Assembly: GCF_009914755.1 (NCBI RefSeq)
Contig: NC_060948.1
DNA: 64,000 nucleotides
Origin: the human T2T-CHM13v2.0 reference genome, Homo sapiens
Reading direction: 5' to 3' (one strand)
Below the pieces are notes generated by a model, which saw only the letters and a list, made by a program, of their open reading frames with translations, was not told the origin of the DNA and made no database searches. Positions 27,704 to 41,913 of the stretch are shown one piece after another (position 1 is the first letter of the stretch; each line of letters starts with the position of its first letter). Both the position numbers and the translations under genes were made by a program.

Positions 27704-30700
27704 GAATTCATTGGAATGGAAGGGAATGTAGTGTAATGGACAGGCCTGGAATAAAGTGGAATGCTACGGTCTCGAATGGAATAAAAATGTATGGAATGGA
27801 ATGCAATGAAACGGAATCGAATGTCATAGAATGTAATGGAATGCAAAAAAATGGAATCCAAAATCATTGAATGGAAAGGCTGGGTGTCGAAAGGAATTGA
27901 CTCCAATGGAATGGAATCGAATGGAATGGAAGTGAATAGAATCGAACTAAATCGAATGGAATGGAATTGATAGGAACGGAATGGAAAGGATTGCAATGAT
28001 TTGGCATGGAATGGAATCGAATGGCATCGAATGGAATGGAATGGAATGCAATGGAATGGAATGTATTAGAATGTAATGAACTTTAATGGAATGTACTCGA
28101 ATGGATTCGACTGGAATGGAATGTTCTGGAAGTGAATGGACTCCAATGGAATGGATTCAAAAGGAATGGAATCGTACGGAATGGAATCTAATGGAATGGA
28201 ATTAAATGGAAATGAATCAAATTGAATAGCACGGAATTGAATTGAATGGAATGGAATGCAATGGAATCTAATGAAACGGAAAGGAAAGGAATGGAATGGA
28301 ATGGAATGGGCTGGAATGGAAAGGAATCGAAACGAATGGAATGGAATCGAAGTGAAGAGACTGGAATGGTATGCACTGGAATGGAAGGGAGTGTAATGGA
28401 AGGTTCTCGAAAAAAATGGAATCGAATGGAATGCAATTGAATGGAACGGAATAGAGTCGAATGGAATTGAATGGAATGGAATGGACTAGAGTGAAATGGA
28501 ATCGAACCACAAGGAATGGACAGGAATAGAATGGTCTCGAATTGAATGGAATCGTATGGAATGGCATCAAACGGAATGGAATGGACAGCCACGGAATGGA
28601 ATGCACTCGAATGCAATGGAGTCGAAACTAATGGACTGGAATAGAATGGACTCGACTGGTACGGACTCCAATGGAATGGAATCGAATGGAAGGGAATCGA
28701 ACGTAATGGACTCGAAGGGAAAAGACTGCAATGGAAAGGTCTCGAATGGAATGGAAATTAATGGAATGGAATGGAATCGAATGAAATGGAGTCAAAAGGA
28801 ATGGAATCGAATGGCAAGAAATCGAATGTAATGGAATCGCAAGGAATTGATGTGAACGGAACGGAATGGAATGGAATCCAAAGGAATGGAATAGAATGGA
28901 ATGGAAACGAATGGAAAGGACTCCAATGGAAATCACTCGAATAGAATGCAATTTAATAAAATAGGATCAAATGTAATAGAATGGAACGGAAAGGAATCGA
29001 AACGGAAGGAATGGAGACAGATGGAATGGAATGGAACAGAGAGCAATGGTATAGAATGGAATGGAATCATCTGGAATGGAATTGAATGGAATGGAATGAT
29101 ATGAAATGGAATGGAATGGAATGGAATGGAATGCCCTTGAATTAAATGGACTGGACTCGAACAGAGTGGAATGGAAAGTGTTGAGATAGAATGGAATGGA
29201 CTCCTTTGGAATGGTGTAGTATGCAATGCAATCGACTGGCAGGGAATCAAAAGGAATGTAATCGAATGGATTGGACTGGAATGCAATGGACTCGAATAGA
29301 TTGGAAACGGAATGCAAAGGAATGGAATGGAATAGTATGGAATGCAATGGAAGGGAATGGAGTGGAATAGACTAGAGTGGAATGGAATGGACTGGAAAGC
29401 AATGGAGTGGAATGGAACTTTCTTGGATGGACTGGAATCAAACGGAATGGAATGCAATGCAATCAAATGGCATGGAATAAAATAGAATGAAAGAGAATCA
29501 AATGGAATTGAATCGAATGGATTGGAAAGGAATAGAATGGAATGGAATGGAATTGACTCAAATGGAATGGACTAGAATGGAATGGATTCGAATGGAAGGC
29601 AAAGGAATGGAATCTATTGGAATGGACTGTAATGGAATGGAATGGAAGGGATTGGAATGGACTCGAATGGAATGGACTGCAATAGAAAGGATTCGAATGG
29701 AATGAAAAAGAATTGAATGGAATAGAACAGAATGGAATCAAATCGAATGGAATGGAATGGAATAGAAAGGAATGGAATGAAATGGAATGGAAAGGATTCG
29801 AATGGAATGCAATCGAATGGAATGGAATCGAACGGAATGGAATAAAATGGAAGAAAACTGGCAAGAAATGGAATCGAAATGAATGGAGTGTTATGGAACG
29901 GACTCAAAAGGAATTGAATGTAATAGAATGGAGTGGAGTGGACTCGAATATAATGGACTGGAATGGAATGAAATCACATGGAATGGGAACGAATGGAATG
30001 GAATGGAAAGGAATGGAATCGAATGGAAAGGAATCGAATGGAAGGGAATGAAATTGAATCAACAGGAATGGAAGGGAATAGAATAGACTGTAATGGAATG
30101 GACTCGAATAGAATGGACACGAATGCTCAAATTAAATGGACTCGAATGGAATGGAAACGAAAGGAATGTCATCGAATGGAATTGAATCGATTGGAATGAA
30201 ATCGCATAGAATGGAGTGGAATCAAATGGAATTGAATCGAAAGGAAAGGAAGCGAATGGACTGAAATGAAATGGAATGGAATTGAATGGAAAGTAATGCA
30301 ATGGAATAGAATGGAACGAAATTTCACGGAATGGAATCAAACTGAATGGAATCAAATCAATGGAATCAAATCAAATGGAATGGAAAGGAATTGAATGGAG
30401 TAGATGGGATTGGATGGGATTGGAATGAAATGTACTGGAAAGGACTCGAATTTCATGAAACGGAATGGAATGAATTGGAACGGAATGGACTCGAATGGAA
30501 TGGAATGTCATGGAATGGCATCAAATGGAATGGCATCAAATGGAATGGAATCGAATGCAATGGAATGCTATGGAATGGAATGGAATGCATTGGAATGGAA
30601 TGTCCTCTAATGGAATGGATTCGAGAGAAATGGAATTGAATGTAATGGAGTCGAATGAAATGGAATTGAAAGGAATGGGATCGAATACAATGGAATATAC

Positions 30701-31252
30701 TGGAATGTAACGTAATGAACTCGAATGTAATTGACTGGAATGGAATGTACATGAATGGAATGTAATCGAATGGAAAGTAATCCAATGGAATAGAATCTAA
30801 TGCAATAAAATCGACTCAGATAGAGTAGAATGTAATGGAATGGAGTGCAGTGCAATGGAATGGAATGGAATGGAATGCAATGGAATGGAATGGAATGGAA
30901 TGGAATGGAATGGAATGGAATGGAATGGGATGGAATGGTATGGAATGGATAGTAATGGACTGGAATGAAATGGACTGGAAAAGAATGGACTCAAATTGAA
31001 AGGGCTCGAAAGGAATGGAGTCAAATGGAATGGTCTGGAATGGAATGAACACGAATGTAATGCAATCCAATAGAATGGAATCGAATGGCATGGAATATAA
31101 AGAAATGGAATCGAAGAGAATGGAAACAAATGGAATGGAATTGAATGGAATGGAATTGAATGGAATGGGAACGAATGGAGTGAAATTGTATGCAGTAGAA
31201 GAGAATAGAATGGAATGCAAGCGAAAGGAAAGGAATGGATTGGAATGGAATG
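27704..31252 (+). repeat. Unit U9, 3549 bp (type B)
   Basis: EcoRI spacing. Marker TCGAGAGAAA (30621). Confidence 0.9.
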
Positions 31253-34200
31253 GAATTCATTGGAATGGAAGGGAATGTAGTGTAATGGACAGGCCTGGAA
31301 TAAAGTGGAATGCTACGGTCTCGAATGGAATAAAAATGTATGGAATGGAATGCAATGAAACGGAATCGAATGTCATAGAATGTAATGGAATGCAAAAAAA
31401 TGGAATCCAAAATCATTGACTGGAAAGGCTGGGTGTCGAAAGGAATTGACTCCAATGGAATGGAATCGAATGGAATGGAAGTGAATAGAATCGAACTAAA
31501 TCGAATGGAATGGAATTGATAGGAACGGAATGGAAAGGAATGCAATGATTTGGCATGGAATGGAATCGAATGGCATCGAATGGAATGGAATGGAATGCAA
31601 TGGAATGGAATGTATTAGAATGTAATGAACATTAATGGAATGTACTCGAATGGATTCGACTGGAATGGAATGTTCTGGAAGTGAATGGACTCCAATGGAA
31701 TGGATTCGAAAGGAATGGAATCGAACGGAATGGAATCTAATGGAATGGAATTAAATGGAAATGAATCAAATTGAATAGCACGGAATTGAATTGAATGGAA
31801 TGGAATGCAATGGAATCTAATGAAACGGAAAGGAAAGGAATGGAATGGAATGGAATGGGCTGGAATGGAAAGGAATCGAAACGAATGGAATGGAATCGAA
31901 CTGAAGAGACTGGAATGGAATGCACTGGAATGGAAGGGAGTGTAATGGAAGGTTCTCGAAAATAATGGAAGCAAATGGAATGGAATTGAATGGAACGGAA
32001 TAGAGTCGAATGGAATTGAATGGAATGGAATGGACTAGAGTGAAATGGAATCGAACCACAAGGAATGGACAGGAATAGAATGGTCTCGAATTGAATGGAA
32101 TCGTATGGAATGGCATCAAACGGAATGGAATGGACAGCCACGGAATGGAATGCACTCGAATGCAATGGAGTCGAAACTTATGGACTGGAATAGAATGGAC
32201 TCGACTGGTACGGACTCCAATGGAATGGAATCGAATGGAAGGGATTCGAACGGAATGGACTCGAAGGGAAAAGACTGCAATGGATAGGTCTCGAATGGAA
32301 TGGAAATTAATGGAATGGAATGGAATCGAATGAAATGGAGTCAAAAGGAATGGAATCGAATGGCAAGAAATCGAATGTAATGGAATCGCAAGGAATTGAT
32401 GTGAACGGAACGGAATGGAATGGAATCCAAAGGAATGGAATAGAATGGAATGGAATCGAATGGAAAGGACTCGAATGGAAATCACTCGAATAGAATGCAA
32501 TTTAATAAAATAGGATCAAATGTAATTGAATGGAATGGAAAGGAATCGAAACGAAAGGAATGGAGACAGATGGAATGGAATGGAACAGAGAGCAATGGTA
32601 TAGAATGGAATGGAATCATCTGGAATGGAATTGAATGGAATGGAATAATATGAAATGGAATGGAATGGAATGGAATGGAATGCCCTTGAATTAAATGGAC
32701 TGGAATGGAATGGACTCGAACAGAGTGGAATGGAAAGTGTTGAGATAGAATGGAATGGACTCCTTTGGAATGGTCTAGTATGCAATGCAATCGACTGGCA
32801 GGGAATCAAAAGGAATGTAATCGAATGGATTAGACTGGAATGCAATGGACTCGAATAGATTGGAAACGGAATGCAAAGGAATGGAATGGAATAGTATGGA
32901 ATGGAATGGAAAGGAATGGAGTGGAATAGACTAGAGTGGAATGGAATGGACTGGAAAGCAATGGACTGGAATGGAACTTTCTTGAATGGACTGGAATCAA
33001 ACGGAATGGAATGCAATGCAATCAAATGGCATGGAATAAAATAGAATGAAAGAGAATCAAATGGAATTGAATCGAATGGAATCGAATGGATTGGAAAGGA
33101 ATAGAATGGAATGGAATGGAATGGACTCAAATGGAATGGACTAGAATGGAATGGATTCGAATGGAAGGCAAAGGAATGGAATCTATTGGAATGGACTGTA
33201 ATGGAATGGAATGGAAGGGATTGGAATGGACTCGAATGGAATGGACTGCAATAGAAAGGATTCGAATGGAATGAAAAAGAATTGAATGGAATAGAACAGA
33301 ATGGAATCAAATCGAATGAAATGGAATGGAATAGAAAGGAATGGAATGAAATGGAATGGAAAGGATTCGAATGGAATGCAATCGAATGGAATGGAATCGA
33401 ACGGAATGGAATAAAATGGAAGAAAACTGGCAAGAAATGGAATCGAAATGAATGGAGTGTTATGGAACGGACTCAAAAGGAATTGAATGTAATAGAATGG
33501 AGTGGAGTGGACTCGAATATAATGGACTGGAATGGAATGAAATCACATGGAATGGGAACGAATGGAATGGAATGGAAAGGAATGGAATCGAATGGAAAGG
33601 AATCGAATGGAAGGGAATGAAATTGAATCAACAGGAATGGAAGGGAATAGAATAGACGGTAATGGAATGGACTCGAATAGAATGGACACGAATGCTCAAA
33701 TTGAATGGACTCGAATGGAATGGAAACGAAAGGAATGTCATCGAATGGAATTGAATCGATTGGAATGAAATCGCATAGAATGGAGTGGAATCAAATGGAA
33801 TTGAATCGAAAGGAAAGGAAGCGAATGGACTGAAATGAAATGGAATGGAATTGAATGGAAAGTAATGCAATGGAATAGAATGGAACGAAATTTCACGGAA
33901 TGGAATCAAACTGAATGGAATCAAATCAATGGAATCAAATCAAATGGAATGGAAAGGAATTGAATGGAGTAGATTGGATTGGATGGGATTGGAATGAAAT
34001 GTACTGGAAAGGACTCGAATTTCATGAAACGGAATGGAATGAATTGGAACGGAATGGACTCGAATGGAATGGAATGTCATGGAATGGCATCAAATGGAAT
34101 GGCATCAAATGGAATGGAATCGAATGCAATGGAATGCTATGGAATGGAATGGAATGCATTGGAATGGAATGTCCTCTAATGGAATGGATTCGAGTGGAAT

Positions 34201-34811
34201 GGAATCGAATATAATGGAGTCGAATGAAATGGAATTGAAAGGAATGGGATCGAATACAATGGAATATACTGGAATGTAATGTAATGAACTCGAATGTAAT
34301 TGACTGGAATGGAATGTACATGAATGGAATGTAATCGAATGGAAAGTAATCCAATGGAATAGAATCTAATGCAATAAAATCGACTCAGATAGAGTAGAAT
34401 GTAATGGAATGGAGTGCAGTGCAATGGAATGGAATGGAATGGAATGCAATGGAATGGAATGGAATGGAACGGAATGGAATGGAATGGGATGGAATGGTAC
34501 GGAATGGACAGTAATGGACTGGAATGAAATGGACTGGAAAAGAATGGACTCAAATTGAAAGGGCTCGAAAGGAATGGAGTCAAATGGAATAGTCTGGAAT
34601 GGAATGAACACGAATGTAATGCAATCCAATAGAATGGAATCGAATGGCATGGAATATAAAGAAATGGAATCGAAGAGAATGGAAACAAATGGAATGGAAT
34701 TGAATGGAATGGAATTGAATGGAATGGGAAGGAATGGAGTGAAATTGTATGCAGTAGAAGAGAATAGAATGGAATGCAAGCGAAAGGAAAGGAATGGATT
34801 GCAATGGAATG
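31253..34811 (+). repeat. Unit U10, 3559 bp (type C)
   Basis: EcoRI spacing. Markers TGGATAGGTC (32281) and GGTACGGAATGGACA (34496). Confidence 0.9.
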
Positions 34812-37800
34812 GAATTCATTGGAATGGAAGGGAATGTAGTGTAATGGACAGGCCTGGAATAAAGTGGAATGTTACGGTCTCGAATGGAATAAAAATGTAT
34901 GGAATGGAATGCAATGAAACGGAATCGAATGTCATAGAATGTAATGGAATGCAAAAAAATGGAATCCAAAATCATTGACTGGAAAGGCTGGGTGTCGAAA
35001 GGAATTGACTCCAATGGAATGGAATCGAATGGAATGGAAGTGAATAGAATCGAACTAAATCGAATGGAATGGAATTGATAGGAACGGAATGGAAAGGAAT
35101 GCAATGATTTGGCATGGAATGCAATCGAATGGCATCGAATGGAATGGAATGGAATGCAATGGAATGGAATGTATTAGAATGTAATGAACATTAATGGAAT
35201 GTACTCGAATGGATTCGACTGGAATGGAATGTTCTGGAAGTGAATGGACTCCAATGGAATGGATTCGAAAGGAATGGAATCGAACGGAATGGAATCTAAT
35301 GGAATGGAATTAAATGGAAATGAATCAAATTGAATAGCACGGAATTGAATTGAATGGAATCGAATGCAATGGAATCTAATGAAACGGAAAGGAAAGGAAT
35401 GGAATGGAATGGAATGGGCTGGAATGGAAAGGAATCGAAACGAATGGAATGGAATCGAACTGAAGAGACTGGAATGGAATGCACTGGAATGGAAGGGAGT
35501 GTAATGGAAGGTTCTCGAAAATAATGGAAGCAAATGGAATGGAATTGAATGGAACGGAATAGAGTCGAATGGAATTGAATGGAATGGAATGGACTAGAGT
35601 GAAATGGAATCGAACCACAAGGAATGGACAGGAATAGAATGGTCTCGAATTGAATGGAATCGTATGGAATGGCATCAAACGGAATGGAATGGACAGCCAC
35701 GGAATGGAATGCACTCGAATGCAATGGAGTCGAAACTTATGGACTGGAATAGAATGGACTCGACTGGTACGGACTCCAATGGAATGGAATCGAATGGAAG
35801 GGATTCGAACGGAATGGACTCGAAGGGAAAAGACTGCAATGGAAAGGTCTCGAATGGAATGGAAATTAATGGAATGGAATGGAATCGAATGAAATGGAGT
35901 CAAAAGGAATGGAATCGAATGGCAAGAAATCGAATGTAATGGAATCGGAAGGAATTGATGTGAACGGAACGGAATGGAATGGAATCCAAAGGAATGGAAT
36001 AGAATGGAATGGAATCGAATGGAAAGGACTCGAATGGAAATCACTCGAATGGAATGAAATTTAATAAAATAGGATCAAATGTAATTGAATGGAATGGAAA
36101 GGAATCGAAACGAAAGGAATGGAGACAGATGGAATGGAATGGAACAGAGAGCAATGGTATAGAATGGAATGGAATCATCTGGAATGGAATTGAATGGAAT
36201 GGAATAATATGAAATGGAATGGAATGGAATGGAATGGAATGCCCTTGAATTAAATGGACTGGAATGGAATGGACTCGAACAGAGTGGAATGGAAAGTGTT
36301 GAGATAGAATGGAATGGACTCTTTTAGAATGGTCTAGTATGCAATGCAATCGACTGGCAGGGAATCAAAAGGAATGTAATCGAATGGATTGGACTGGAAT
36401 GCAATGGACTCGAATAGATTGGAAACGGAATGCAAAGGAATGGAATGGAATAGTATGGAATGGAATGGAAAGGAATGGAGTGGAATAGACTAGAGTGGAA
36501 TGGAATGGACTGGAAAGCAATGGACTGGAATGGAACTTTCTTGAATGGACTGGAATCAAACGGAATGGAATGCAATGCAATCAAATGGCATGGAATAAAA
36601 TAGAATGAAAGAGAATCAAATGGAATTGAATCGAATGGAATCGAATGGATTGGAAAGGAATAGAATGGAATGGAATGGAATTGACTCAAATGGAATGGAC
36701 TAGAATGGAATGGATTCGAATGGAAGGCAAAGGAATGGAATCTATTGGAATGGACAGTAATGGAATGGAATGGAAGGGATTGGAATGGACTCGAATGGAA
36801 TGGACTGCAATAGAAAGGATTCGAATGGAATGAAAAAGAATTGAATGGAATAGAACAGAATGGAATCAAATCGAATGAAATGGAATGGAATAGAAAGGAA
36901 TGGAATGAAATGGAATGGAAAGGATTCGAATGGAATGCAATCGAATGGAATGGAATCGAACGGAATGGAATAAAATGGAAGAAAACTGGCAAGAAATGGA
37001 ATCGAAATGAATGGAGTGTTATGGAACGGACTCAAAAGGAATTGAATGTAATAGAATGGAGTGGAGTGGACTCGAATATAATGAACTGGAATGGAATGAA
37101 ATCACATGGAATGGGAACGAATGGAATGGAATGGAAAGGAATGGAATCGAATGGAAAGGAATCGAATGGAAGGGAATGAAATTGAATCAACAGGAATGGA
37201 AGGGAATAGAATAGACGGTAATGGAATGGACTCGAATAGAATGGACACGAATGCTCAAATTGAATGGACTCGAATGGAATGGAAACAAAAGGAATGTCAT
37301 CGAATGGAATTGAATCGATTGGAATGAAATCGCATAGAATGGAGTGGAATCAAATGGAATTGAATCGAAAGGAAAGGAAGCGAATGGACTGAAATGAAAT
37401 GGAATGGAATTGAATGGAAAGTAATGCAATGGAATAGAATGGAACGAAATTTCACGGAATGGAATCAAACTGAATGGAATCAAATCAATGGAATCAAATC
37501 AAATGGAATGGAAAGGAATTGAATGGAGTAGATTGGATTGGATGGGATTGGAATGAAATGTACTGGAAAGGACTCGAATTTCATGAAACGGAATGGAATG
37601 AATTGGAACGGAATGGACTCGAATAGAATGGAATGTCATGGAATGGCATCAAATGGAATGGCATCAAATGGAATGGAATCGAATGCAATGGAATGCTATG
37701 GAATGGAATGGAATGCATTGGAATGGAATGTCCTCTAATGGAATGGATTCGAGTGGAATGGAATCGAATATAATGGAGTCGAATGAAATGGAATTGAAAG

Positions 37801-38355
37801 GAATGGGATCGAATACAATGGAATATACTGGAATGTAATGTAATGAACTCGAATGTAATTGACTGGAATGGAATGTACATGAATGGAATGTAATCGAATG
37901 GAAAGTAATCCAATGGAATAGAATCTAATGCAATAAAATCGACTCAGATAGAGTAGAATGTAATGGAATGGAGTGCAGTGCAATGGAATGGAATGGAATG
38001 GAGTGCAATGGAATGGAATGGAATGGAATGGGATGGAATGGTATGGAATGGATAGTAATGGACTGGAATGAAATGGACTGGAAAAGAATGGACTCAAATT
38101 GAAAGGGCTCGAAAGGAATGGAGTCAAATGGAATGGTCTGGAATGGAATGAACACGAATGTAATGCAATCCAATAGAATGGAATCGAATGGCATGGAATA
38201 TAAAGAAATGGAATCGAAGAGAATGGAAACAAATGGAATGGAATTGAATGGAATGGAATTGAATGGAATGGGAACGAATGGAGTGAAATTGTATGCAGTA
38301 GAAGAGAATAGACTGGAATGCAAGCGAAAGGAAAGGAATGGATTGCAATGGAATG
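34812..38355 (+). repeat. Unit U11, 3544 bp (type D)
   Basis: EcoRI spacing. Marker CTTTTAGAAT (36321). Confidence 0.9.
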
Positions 38356-41300
38356 GAATTCATTGGAATGGAAGGGAATGTAGTGTAATGGACAGGCCTG
38401 GAATAAAGTGGAATGCTACGGTCTCGAATGGAATAAAAATGTATGGAATGGAATGCAATGAAACGGAATCGAATGTCATAGAATGTAATGGAATGCAAAA
38501 AAATGGAATCCAAAATCATTGACTGGAAAGGCTGGGTGTCGAAAGGAATTGACTCCAATGGAATGGAATCGAATGGAATGGAAGTGAATAGAATCGAACT
38601 AAATCGAATGGAATGGAATTGATAGGAACGGAATGGAAAGGAATGCAATGATTTGGCATGGAATGGAATCGAATGGCATCGAATGGAATGGAATGGAATG
38701 CAATGGAATGGAATGTATTAGAATGTAATGAACATTAATGGAATGTACTCGAATGGATTCGACTGGAATGGAATGTTCTGGAAGTGAATGGACTCCAATG
38801 GAATGGATTCGAAAGGAATGGAATCGAACGGAATGGAATCTAATGGAATGGAATTAAATGGAAATGAATCAAATTGAATAGCACGGAATTGAATTGAATG
38901 GAATCGAATGCAATGGAATCTAATGAAACGGAAAGGAAAGAATGGAATGGAATGGAATGGGCTGGAATGGAAAGGAATCGAAACGAATGGAATGGAATCG
39001 AACTGAAGAGACTGGAATGGAATGCACTGGAATGGAAGGGAGTGTAATGGAAGGTTCTCGAAAAAAATGGAATCGAATGGAATGGAATTGAATGGAACGG
39101 AATAGAGTCGCATGAAATTGAATGGAGTGGAATGGACTAGAGTGAAATGGAATCGAACGAAAAGGAATGGACAGGAATGGAATGGTCTCGAATTGAATGG
39201 AATCATATGGAATGGCATCAAACGGAATGGAATGGACAGCCACGGAATGGAATGCACTCGAATGCAATGGAGTCGAAACTAATGGACTGGAATAGAATGG
39301 ACTCGACTGGTATGGACTCCAATGGAATGGAATCGAATGGAAGGGAATCGAACGGAATGGACTCGAAGGGAAAAGACTGCAATGGAAAGGTCTCGAATGG
39401 AATGGAAATTAATGGAATGGAATGGAATCGAATGAAATGGAGTCAAAAGGAATGGAATCGAATGGCAAGAAATCGAATGTAATGGAATCGCAAGGAATTG
39501 ATGTGAACGGAACGGAATGGAATGGAATCCAAAGGAATGGAATAGAATGGAATGGAATCGAATGGAAAGGACTCGAATGGAAATCACTCGAATAGAATGA
39601 AATTTAATAAAATAGGATCAAATGTAATAGAATGGAATGGAAAGGAATCGAAACGGAAGGAATGGAGACAGATGGAATGGAATGGAACAGAGAGCAATGG
39701 TATAGAATGGAATGGAATCATCTGGAATGGAATTGAATGGAATGGAATAATATGAAATGGAATGGAATGGAATGGAATGGAATGGAATGCCCTTGAATTA
39801 AATGGACTGGACTCGAACAGAGTGGAATGGAAAGTGTTGAGATAGAATGGAATGGACTCCTTTGGAATGGTGTAGTATGCAATGCAATCGACTGGCAGGG
39901 AATCAAAAGGAATGTAATCGAATGGATTGGACTGGAATGCAATGGACTCGAATAGATTGGAAACGGAATGCAAAGGAATGGAATGGAATAGTATGGAATG
40001 CAATGGAAGGGAATGGAGTGGAATAGACTAGAGTGGAATGGAATGGACTGGAAAGCAATGGACTGGAATGGAACTTTCTTGGATGGACTGGAATCAAACG
40101 GAATGGAATGCAATGCAATCAAATGGCATGGAATAAAATAGAATGAAAGAGAATCAAATGGAATTGAATCGAATGGAATCGAATGGATTGGAAAGGAATA
40201 GAATGGAATGGAATGGAATTGACTCAAATGGAATGGACTAGAATGGAATGGATTCGAATGGAAGGCAAAGGAATGGAATCTATTGGAATGGACTGTAATG
40301 GAATGGAATGGAAGGGATTGGAATGGACTCGAATGGAATGGACTGCAATAGAAAGGATTCGAATGGAATGAAAAAGAATTGAATGGAATAGAACAGAATG
40401 GAATCAAATCGAATGAAATGGAATGGAATAGAAAGGAATGGAATGAAATGGAATGGAAAGGATTCGAATGGAATGCAATCGAATGGAATGGAATCGAACG
40501 GAATGGAATAAAATGGAAGAAAACTGGCAAGAAATGGAATCGAAATGAATGGAGTGTTATGGAATGGACTCAAAAGGAATTGAATGTAATAGAATGGAGT
40601 GGAGTGGACTCGAATATAATGGACTGGAATGGAATGAAATCACATGGAATGGGAACGAATGGAATGGAATGGAAAGGAATGGAATCGAATGGAAAGGAAT
40701 CGAATGGAAGGGAATGAAATTGAATCAACAGGAATGGGAGGGAATAGAATAGACTGTAATGGAATGGACTCGAATAGAATGGACACGAATGCTCAAATTA
40801 AATTGACTCGAATGGAATGGAAACGAAAGGAATGTCATCGAATGGAATTGAATCGATTGGAATGAAATCGCATAGAATGGAGTGGAATCAAATGGAATTG
40901 AATCGAAAGGAAAGGAAGCGAATGGACTGAAATGAAATGGAATGGAATTGAATGGAAAGTAATGCAATGGAATAGAATGGAACGAAATTTCACGGAATGG
41001 AATCAAACTGAATGGAATCAAATCAATGGAATCAAATCAAATGGAATTGAAAGGAATTGAATGGAGTAGATGGGATTGGATGGGATTGGAATGAAATGTA
41101 CTGGAAAGGACTCGAATTTCATGAAACGGAATGGAATGAATTGGAAAGGAATGGACTCGAATGGAATGGAATGTCATGGAATGGCATCAAATGGAATGGC
41201 ATCAAATGGAATGGAATCGAATGCAATGGAATGCTGTGGAATGGAATGGAATGCATTGGAATGGAATGTCCTCTAATGGAATGGATTCGAGTGGAATGGA

Positions 41301-41913
41301 ATTGAATATAATGGAGTCGAATGAAATGGAATTGAAAGGAATGGGATCGAATACAATGGAATATACTGGAATGTAACGTAATGAACTCGAATGTAATTGA
41401 CTGGAATGGAATGTACATGAATGGAATGTAATCGAATGGAAAGTAGTCCAATGGAATAGAATATAATGCAATAAAATCGACTCAGATAGAGTAGAATGTA
41501 ATGGAATGGAGTGCAGTGCAATGGAATGGAATGGAATGGAATGCAATGGAATGGAATGGAATGGAATGGAATGGAATGGAATGGAATGGGATGGAATGGT
41601 ATGGAATGGATAGTAATGGACTGGAGTGAAATGGACTGGAAAGGAATGGACTCAAATTGAAAGGTCTCGAAAGGAATGGAGTCAAATGGAATGGTCTGGA
41701 ATGGAATGAACACGAATGTAATGCAATCCAATAGAATGGAATCGAATGGCATGGAATATAAAGAAATGGAATCGAAGAGAATGGAAACAAATGGAATGGA
41801 ATTGAATGGAATGGAATTGAATGGAATGGGAACGAATGGAGTGAAATTGTATGCAGTAGAAGAGAATAGAATGGAATGCAAGCGAAAGGAAAGGAATGGA
41901 TTGGAATGGAATG
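38356..41913 (+). repeat. Unit U12, 3558 bp (type A copy)
   Basis: EcoRI spacing. Same markers as U8 at +14205. Confidence 0.9.
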